From the NCBI RefSeq assembly GCF_000372725.1, contig NW_005202427.1, forward strand, positions 1,090,459-1,154,458: DNA of 64,000 nt, given 5' to 3'. Within the stretch, counting starts at the first letter, position 1. Every line of letters starts with the position of its first letter. Shown here one piece after another: positions 56,032-64,000 of the stretch. The stretch comes from Emiliania huxleyi CCMP1516 (lineage: Eukaryota). Under the pieces are notes generated by a model. It was not told the DNA's origin. It saw nothing but the letters and a program-made list of their open reading frames with translations, and searched no databases. The translations under genes were made by a program, and so were the position numbers.

Positions 56032-58127
56032 ATGCGCGGCTTCGGCTCGCTCTTTGCACTGCAGCTCTTCACCAGGCTCCTCACCTTCGCTCTGAACGCG
56101 CTGCTCGCGCGGCGGCTCGGGCCGGCGTGGTACGCTTTTGCGAATGTGCAGCTGCAGCTCGTGGGCGCCACCCTCCTCTTCCTGCCAAAGGAGGGCCTGC
56201 GCCGCGCCGCCCAGCGCATCTACCCGGGCGGGGACGGCGCGCCGCTCGCGAGTGGCATGAACGTGGCGTGGCTGTCGGCACCGGCGGCCGTCCTCGCCGC
56301 CCTGCTGATGGCCGCGACGGCGGCCGCGACCGGCGTGAGTGGCGAGTGGGACGAGCTGATGGGCGCCGCCGAGGCGCGGGCCGCGCTCGTCGTGGCCGGT
56401 GCAGCTGCGATTATTGAGGCGGCGAGCGAGCCCGGCTGGGTCTACGCGCAGGCCAATGAGCTGCTTCCGCAGCGCGCCCTGGCAGAGGCGGCGGCCCTCG
56501 TCGCAAAGGCGGCGGTGACGGCGGCGCTCGTGCTGTTGGCTCTCCGCTCGGCCGCCTCCGCCAGACCGGCGGACGAGGCAGCGCCGCCCGCAGGCGTGGG
56601 CCTCGCGTTCGCCCTCGGCCAGCTTGCATTTGGCGTCTGCTTTGGCGTCCTGCTGAGTGCGCTCGCGGCGCGGCGAGCGGCGGCGTCGAGCCTGTGGCCG
56701 CGGCGCGCCCATAGCGGCGGCGGCGACGGCAAGGGCGACGGCGGCGGGCCGCGCTGGCTGGCAGGCGGGGAGTGGGGGCTCGTCGCGCAGATGTGCGCGC
56801 AGGCGGTCCAAAAGTACGGCCTGACCGAGGGCGAGCGGCTGGTGCTCGTCGCAACCTCGCCGCTCACCTCGCAGGGCGTGTACGGTCTGGTGAGCAGCCT
56901 CGGCTCGCTGCTCGCGCGGATGGCTGTGAACAACGTCTCTTCACACCTCTAGCTGTGAACAGGTGAGCAACCTCGGCTCGCTGCTCGCGCGGATGGCGCC
57001 GCAGCGGCTGGAGCGAGGCGGCCTCTCCTCGCCACGTCCACGACACGTCCACGACACGTCCCCCGCAGGTGCTGCAGCCCCTCGAGGAGGTGACCTTCGC
57101 CCGCTTCTCGCGGCTCGCCGCCGCCTCGGCCGCCTCGGCCGCGCCAGGCGGCGCCCCCGCCGGGGCGGACGAGGCGACGCTGCGCGAGCTGCAGCTGCTG
57201 TTGCGAGGTGCGGTCGCCGCGAGAGACGACGAGTTGACGCGCTACACCAGTCAGCAGCAGTCAGCAGCAGGCGCCTCCCGCTGCTGCAGGCACTAGCCTC
57301 TTCGGCCTGGTCCTCCTCTCCTTCGGGCCGCCGTGCTCGTGGCTCCTCCTTGCACAATATACCATTATAATGAGTACACTGTGATGTGTTAGGCCGCCGT
57401 ACTCGTGGCTCCTCCTCCGGCTGCTCTACGGGCCCGTCTGGGCCGCCTCCGAGGCCCCTCAGCTCCTCAGCCTCTACTGCGCCGCCGTCTGCGCGATGGC
57501 TCTCAACGGCCCAAGCCTCCCCTCCCTGCGGAGGGGCGCGAGATCTCGGGGCGCGAGTCTGTCTCCTCCGACCCTACCCCGCGTGCCTGCAGGTGTGAGC
57601 GAGGCATACGTCCAGGCGAGCGCTGAATTAAATTAAATGAAATGAAATGAAGTGAACATAATTAAATGAAGTACGTCCAGGCGAGCGCTCCGCCCCCCGA
57701 GCTGCGCCGCATCGCCGCCGCCACCACCGCCATCGCCTTCGTCTACGGCGGCGCGGCGCTCGCGGGCGTGCGGCTCTTGCGCACCTCCGGCCTCGTGCTC
57801 GCGAACGTGCTCAACCTCGGGCTGCGCACCGCGCTCTCGTACCGCTACATTGGCCGCGCGGCGGCGGCTCGCGCCCCCGGCGCCCCCCTCCGGCTGGCGC
57901 CCGCGCCGGCAGTACTAGCCGCGTTCGCGCTGTCCGCCGCAGCGACCAACGCGACGGCTCTCTGGCTGGGCGCACCAGACAGCCTCTCGCCCTCCTCTCA
58001 CGCGGCGCACGTGGTCGTTGGCGTTGCATGCCTCGGCGGTGTCGTCGCTGCCGTCGTCGCCGGCGAGCCAGAGCTGGCTGGTGCCCTCCTTGGCGCCGTG
58101 CGTCGACGCCACGGCAGAGAGGACTGA
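56032..58127 (+). CDS. RFT1: Man5GlcNAc2-PP-dolichol translocation protein RFT1 (multi-exon)
   Basis: LQLFTRLLTFALN, LFLPKEGLRRA, IEAASEP, KYGLTEGE, QGVYGLVSNLGSLLARM-VLQPLEE, FGPPYS, ALNGVSEAYV, GLVLANVLNLGLR. Confidence 0.9.
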
Positions 58128-59076
58128 CAGCAGGCGGCCGCTCCCCTCTCCCCTCCCCGCCCCGCACCCACCACTCTCCTCGTCGCCTCCTCTCTCCTCC
58201 CCTCTCCCTCCGCCCCTCTCGCCCTCGCCCACGCTGCTCAGCCCCCTCCTTCCCGCCCTCCTCCTGCAGATCTCGCCACTCCCCCCCCACCGTCGCCGTC
58301 GCAGTCACCGCCTCTCCCTCTGTGCCCCGCAGGCCGCTGCACGGCGCTCGCCATCGGAGCGACGCCGTGACGAGCGCTCTCGCCGCTAGGGCCGACGGAC
58401 CCCGCTCTGGCTCCTTCGCCCCGCCGGCGAGGCTCGCGGCGGCGCTGCTAGTGAGCCGCCGCTCGGCGCGGTCGCCGCTCCGGCGCAGAGAGCCGGGCGT
58501 GGTCTCCGGAGCCCGGGGGTCGCTTGGGGGGGCGAGGAGGGCGGAGGGGAGAAAAAAAGGGGTCCGTCCACCCCGGTTCCGGAGCCCGGGAGGCACTTCA
58601 GAGATTGTGTCGATCGTTTCCGTTTGGAGAGGAGGTTTTATGCTCGAAATCGGATCGCTGGGCCGAGCGTTTTTGATCTCTCGGTAAGTGGGCGCCCGCC
58701 CGCCGCCTCTGAGGGGGTTCGGGCCCCCTAGACTGAAAACAAAAACAAGCTCGAAAACAGCCAAAATCAGCCTGCGAGAGAGGCACTGCGCGCCGCTGAC
58801 CTCAATGTGGGGCCAAGCTGCAGAACATGTGCGAACCAGTGCCTATGACGCTCAAGGAGTAGGCGCGGAGCGCCGCGCGCGGAGCGCGCCCCGAAGAAAA
58901 TTTTGAGGGTTGTGGAGGGCTAGATGCGATTTCTATTAAGAGTTTGACTCACACGCTAGGAACCAATCGGCCCACCCACAGGCCCAATCTCGAGTGGCGG
59001 CGCTCCGCGCCTACCCTTGCAGCGGCGCGCTCCGCGCGTGTTCTGCAGCGGCGCGCTCCGCGCGTGTCTCTGGGCG

Positions 59077-59493
59077 CTACATGCCCATCCTGAGCAGATC
59101 TAAGATGTCGCCGGCATCGACAAAGCCGCCTGGGAGCTGTGCCGCAGCCGCGCGCACGTCGCTCTCCTGCTTGATCGTCAGACTGTGCTCTTGCATCCGC
59201 TCGAGCTGCTCCGCTGTCAGGAGAAGTGGTTTGCGGCACCTGCTTCCGGTGCACAACGTGACGACTGTCTTCTCGTCATTCGGCCGCACCCATGTGGCTC
59301 TCGCTTCGGCGAGCTTCTGCTTCGTCCAGTGCTTGTTGTGTGACATGCTGCGCCACTTGCCGGTAACGTCAGTGCCAGGGCCGTCGCCAGCCATGAGGTC
59401 GCCGCCGCAATCGCTGCAGTTGTACTTGATGAACTTTGCCTTCGATGTCGGCGACATGCCACCAGTGGCTGCGTCGAGCACCGCCTGCTTCAT
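59077..59493 (-). CDS. Small Cys-motif ORF inside the transposon, divergent from the transposase
   Basis: 138-aa ATG-started ORF with normal composition, CSDC and CTGSRC motifs. Confidence 0.45.
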   Translation of the reverse strand: MKQAVLDAATGGMSPTSKAKFIKYNCSDCGGDLMAGDGPGTDVTGKWRSMSHNKHWTKQKLAEARATWVRPNDEKTVVTLCTGSRCRKPLLLTAEQLERMQEHSLTIKQESDVRAAAAQLPGGFVDAGDILDLLRMGM

Positions 59494-59737
59494 GGCGGCC
59501 GGGGTCGTCTGGATGGAGCGACCATCGTGGCCTAGAAGGAGGCGGCAACGCGCACAGAAAAAGATTTCTTCCTCTCCCGGTATCCTTCTCGCGAACGAAC
59601 GAAAGGAACATTTTATGGTAAAAAACGAGGTACGAACGTTTCCGATTTGATTAGAGAAGTGCTCGCGACAGCGCGAATGGCGTCGCCGGGCGACTTGGCG
59701 AACGCATGTGGCGCACCCTTCTCCTTCCTGGTGATTG

Positions 59738-61500
59738 ATGGCCGCTCAGCGAGAGGTGTTTCCTCAGTATCATCACAACGTGGACGCGCTCAAATCCGTT
59801 CTCGGCATCCAAGGCGACGACGACCCTCCCAAAGAGGTACTCGATTTGTTCAAGGAGAAGCTGTACAATGTCGAGTCGACGATGAATACGATCTTCGAGT
59901 CAGGTGGTCTCCAGGATTGGCTCCAGACTCGCGCCCGCCTGCCTCCGCCCGACTCGCCGCCCGGCCGCTCTCAGAGTGCTCCACCTTCCTCGAAGCGGCA
60001 GAGGCCAGACGGCTCATCCCAGATTGAGCTCAACCCTTTCGAGCGTGCAGCGCTCGGAGAGGCCGAGTCTGTGGCCAGTGGAGCCGTTACTGCTACGGTG
60101 GACGCGATTGTGGAGGGACTGAAATCGGTCCTCGTTGACCTTCCAAAGCAGGTCGCGACTGCGACGGCCGCCGCTGTTCGCGCATTTGATCTCTCCGAAG
60201 AGGAAAAGGCCGCCGCCGCCGCAACACGCCAAAGTGCTGCACCCTTTGCAAAGATTGACGCATGCAAGAACTGCTTTGACATTGGCCAGCTTGAGGGATT
60301 CCGATTTGATCAGCAGCATGGCGACATCATTTGCAACTGCTGTTTCAAGTATGCCAGCTCCAGCTATGTGCCGCTGGCTCTGAAGGCTCGGACCGCGAGA
60401 AGCGTCGGCGTCATTGAAGGCATCAGGAACAGATCCACTCTCGGGCCCGCGCGTGCCTTCTTTTCTGTTAAGGCTGGAGTCAAACAGCATGTGCAGACCC
60501 AGATTCATCAGTGGTGCTCCCACCACGAGGTTGTCGAGTCGCAGTATGCTAGTGAGCGCCGTCGGGCTGGCATCATCATCAGTAAGCTGATCCTACAGGC
60601 GCCGGCACCGCTCACTGCCCACCATCCTCACTGCATGCACACACACGAACGCACACATGCACACACACGCACACACACACATACACACACACACGCGCTC
60701 GCCCCTCCGCCTCTGTCGCGCTGCAGGGCGTCAAATGCCACGACTCCGATCTGTCCTTTGAGGGCCGCGTCACCATGCTGCAGACCATTGGTGTCGATGT
60801 TGGGACAAAAAACCACTCTCGCTGGTTTGTCCCTCACCTTCGCTCATCCTTCCACGCCGTCACCTGCGCCGGCCTTGAGCTAGTGCTCACCAAGGTGATG
60901 CCAGCCATAGACCGCCCGCCTCCCTCGCCGCCCCGCCCCCTGCCGCTGCCGCCGATTCCCTCGGCCAGTTTGACGATGACAACTACGACCCGGGGCAGAC
61001 GTATGATGTCCCCCCCGCCGCTGCCAGCCCTGCTGCTGGCCCCGCTGCTCCCAGCCCTGCTACCGACAGCGGCGGCGGTGGCGCTGATCCAGGAGCTGTC
61101 GATGACATGCCGGCATTTAGTGTTGTCTGGAGAGAATTCGTCATGCTGTCTAAGCTGCTCACCGAGTGGGCACCTCGGCCAGGCTTTCAATCCTGGAACC
61201 GCGCGACCAGCAGCACCGTCATCATGAAAACTGTATTCACCGACGCCCGCTTCTACTCTTGCTGCAAAAACTACCTCTACCTCTGGGCGCACATGGCTAC
61301 AAAGTCAATGTGTGAGGCTGTTGTGGAGGGCATGGGCGGTGTGTGGGACCGCTGCGACCGCCAGGGCAACTGGGTCACTGCAACTGAGGAGGCTGTGATC
61401 GCGTGGAACGCGCCCCCACGCCCGTCGCCGTGCCCTTCATCAACCGTGCGCTCGAGAACTGGGGCGGGCTCAACTGGGAAGACCGCTTTCACCACAACGA
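59738..61500 (+). pseudogene. hAT-like transposase remnant (Zn-finger N-terminus and C-terminal dimerisation region; catalytic core apparently deleted)
   Basis: IICNCC...VKQHVQTQIHQW (TTF/BED-like Zn finger); intron about 60598-60726; DVGTKNHSRWF; frame break near 60920; NYLYLWAHMATKSMCEAVVEGMG resembles the hATC motif. Confidence 0.6.
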
Positions 61501-62230
61501 CAGGTCACGTGCACAGAGGGGCGGCATTGGAGCTTCGCTGCACAGCGGGGTCTGGTCATGACGCGGAAGAAGGCAGAGACACAGCGTCTGCCAGCCGAGT
61601 GCTACGACGTCAGGCCGAAGCCGCGTGGCCACAACTGACTGCAACAGACTGTCTTCATGTGTCTAGACTCTACCGCGGTGCGCTCCGCGCACATAGGTGC
61701 CAGCGCGCTCCGCGCGGTATCTAGCCAGCGCGCTCCGCGCGTGTGTGTCTAGCTAGCGCGCTCCGCGCGTGCGGTGTCCAGCTAGCGCGCTCCGCGCGTG
61801 TCCGGGTAGAGCACCGGCGCGCTCCGCGCGCATGAGAATCCAGTGCTTATGCTCATAAGCACTAAAAGCTCGTTTCTGCAGCTTGGATGTGGGGATGTGT
61901 GCCGTCACCAATACTGATCTAAATACTAAAACCTGGAAACCCTTGTTCAAAGCCGACCCTAAGCGCCATCCTTCCTGCTCTCACCTGATGCTGCTTCCCC
62001 GCGCCGCCTCCTTGGCCCCCCTGGGCGTATTTTCTACTCCCAGTGGGGGGCCTGGGCCCCCGGGCCCCCTCTTGTTTTCTGTTTTCTGTTTTTCAACACG
62101 CCCGCCCGCCCGCCACCCCGAGGCGGCTCGGCCCCCCACTTACCGAGAGATCAAAAACGCTCGGCCCTGTGAATGTTTGCGTGCGTCCCGTTCACAGATC
62201 ACACTATCTTAATCACTAATCGATCTTGAC

Positions 62231-64000
62231 ATGACGGCCTCTGCGCGCTCAGCGGCTGCCCGACTCCACGCAACTGTGACTTGACGCCTCTGCGCGCTAC
62301 GAGCGGCTGCCCGACTCCACGCAGCAGGACCTCTGCCGCTCCTCTACCCCTTGATGAGCGCTCCGCCCCTAGCGGCACCGAAGCCCAACACCCTTCACTG
62401 CCCAACGGCGTACAGCGGGAGCGCGAATGCTCCCCAGCTCCTGGGGCCAAACCGCTCGGCGCGTGCAGCGTGGTTTGCTGAGCTGCACGCGTGCCGCAAG
62501 TCGGAACTGAGCGGCTACGGTGGGGGAGTTTATGACCACCCACGCCTGCGGTGGTCGCAGCACGCGTTCGCAATCCCCATGGTTCAAGGGTACGAGCGCA
62601 CGCTGTACAATGAAACCTTGGGTCGGTGGACCGTTGACAAATACCTGTCGGATGTAGGGGCACGCTACGGCGGTGTGGATGCGATCCTGCTTTGGCCCAC
62701 CTACACTAACTTGGGGCTCGATGATAGAAATCAGCTGGACCTGTACCGTGCGCTTCCAGGTGGCATCTCGGCAGTGCGCAATGTGAGCGACCAACTTCGG
62801 CAGCGCGGCGTGCATGTGCTCTGGTCTTACAACCCGTGGGACACAGGCACGCGGCGAGAGGTAGCAGCAAACGGCAGCACTCCTGACGATGCCACTGTAT
62901 TCGCGTCCGTCCTCAAGGCTGGCGGCGCGGACGGGATAAATGGTGATACCATGAGCCACGTGCCGAAGGAGTGGTGGATCGACAGCCTAGCGGTCGGCAG
63001 CGAGGACACGTATCAACCCGAGGGCGGCGGGACGATCGCGTCGATGGACTGGGAGACGATGTCGGTCTGCCACTGCAAGTTCGACAAGGGAGCAGCGCAG
63101 GGGCCTACGGCGCAGACGGTCGATCATTACAAGTGGCTCGAGCCGCGGCGCATGACGAGCGTGCGCGACCGGTGGTCGCACTCGCACGTGGACGCGCTGC
63201 ACTTCTCCTTCTTCAACGGTGTTGGCTTCGAGACAACAGAGTCCAACTGGGGCTCGTGGAATGGCATCACGCCGCGCGACGGCGAGGCGATCCGCCGAAT
63301 CTTCACCATCCTGCGCTTCTTCGCGAAAGCGGGCCTCGTTGGTGCGAGCGGATGGGAGCCGCACGACCCTGGCGTGCTCGTCGATGGAGTCTTCGGCAGC
63401 CGCTTCCCGCTTCCGGCGCAGAATGAGACGCTGTACACGATGGTCAACCGCGCCGGCACCAGCCACAGCTCGAGGCCGCAGCTCGTCCTCCGCGCGGCAG
63501 AACGGGCCGCCCCGGCGTACGACTGCTGGCGCGGCGAGAGGCTCGCCGTCTCTCCCACGGACGGCTCAGTCAGCTTTGCGCTCGAGGCCTCAGGCTTCGG
63601 CTGCGTGCTCTCGTCGCACAACTCGACCGCTGGCGGCAGGCCACTCGCCGAGTTCCTCGCCACGATGCGCCGGCTGAGTGCCGCTGGCCCGCTCTCCGCG
63701 TTCAGCAGCGAGTGGACCTTTCTCAAGCAGACCATGGTGCCACACCCGCCCTCGCCGCCGACCGCGTCTGCTCCACCGGGCATGGTTCCCATCCCGGCAG
63801 CCAACTATTCATTCCACGTCGCCGGCGTCGAGGACCAGGGTGGACCGACGGGCCCCGACGTTCAATACCCCTGGGAGTCTCACCCTCAGCGCATTCACTC
63901 GGCCTTGCTGCAGGTCGCTGCATTTTTCATGGACAAGCATCCCGTGACCGCTGCTGAGTATGGAGCATATCTGAACGCCACCGGGTACGTGCCATGCGAT
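62231..64000 (+). CDS. FGE-sulfatase (SUMF1/EgtB/PvdO family) domain protein with a bacterial-type N-terminal domain; runs off the window and is absent from the ORF track
   Basis: Open frame from about 62285 to the window end: RYGGVDAILLWPTYTNLGLDDRNQ, YNPWDTGTRRE, GADGINGDT, FFNGVGFE...WGSWNGITPRDGEAIRR, GMVPIPAANY, DVQYPWE, FFMDKHPVT..EY..YL.ATGY. Confidence 0.85.

Larger units (their letters stand above)
58658..62169. mobile_element. hAT-like DNA transposon, internally deleted
   Basis: 35-bp TIRs: ctgggccgagcgtttttgatctctcggtaagtggg (58658-58692) and its inverse ending ...cgctcggccctg (62169). gcgcgctccgcgc subterminal repeats near both ends. Transposase remnants inside. Confidence 0.85.

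Noticed and set aside
53538..56417. 959-aa plus-strand ORF and similar long Arg/Pro/Ala-rich ORFs (e.g. 4599-6098, 18554-20062, 20209-22116, 46195-48039)
   Set aside because: These are antisense or off-frame shadows of real GC-rich genes, with no motifs.

Overview
Very GC-rich eukaryotic genomic DNA with short introns, many of which need GC donors. The style and gene families suggest a haptophyte such as Emiliania/Gephyrocapsa huxleyi; this is an inference. About 20 genes or gene relics are recognisable: an SLC25 carrier, a GT47 exostosin, a SANT/U-box-like protein, a centrin-like EF-hand protein, a cytochrome P450, two HET/TIR-like-domain proteins (one with LRRs, one with an N-acylation signal), a GRIP golgin, NAXE, a phosphatase-kinase-like fusion, an expansin-like+CBM1 protein, a chromodomain protein, DNAJC21, a triple-AP2 protein, an ankyrin-PhyH dioxygenase, RFT1 and a partial bacterial-type FGE/SUMF1-family gene. 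Mobile DNA includes a 2.5-kb non-coding element with TOC1/PAT/Ngaro-type split direct repeats, a 3.5-kb internally deleted hAT-like transposon carrying a small Cys-motif ORF, two MITEs, a non-LTR RT relic and a dispersed repeat family. Three observations stand out. (1) At least eight introns have ends that are duplications of the exon junction, consistent with recent intron birth by duplication plus filler DNA. (2) The HET-like/LRR genes are candidate immune or cell-death genes. (3) The split-direct-repeat element has a shared GTA junction. All calls come from reading motifs by eye; no searches were run, and exon boundaries are approximate.
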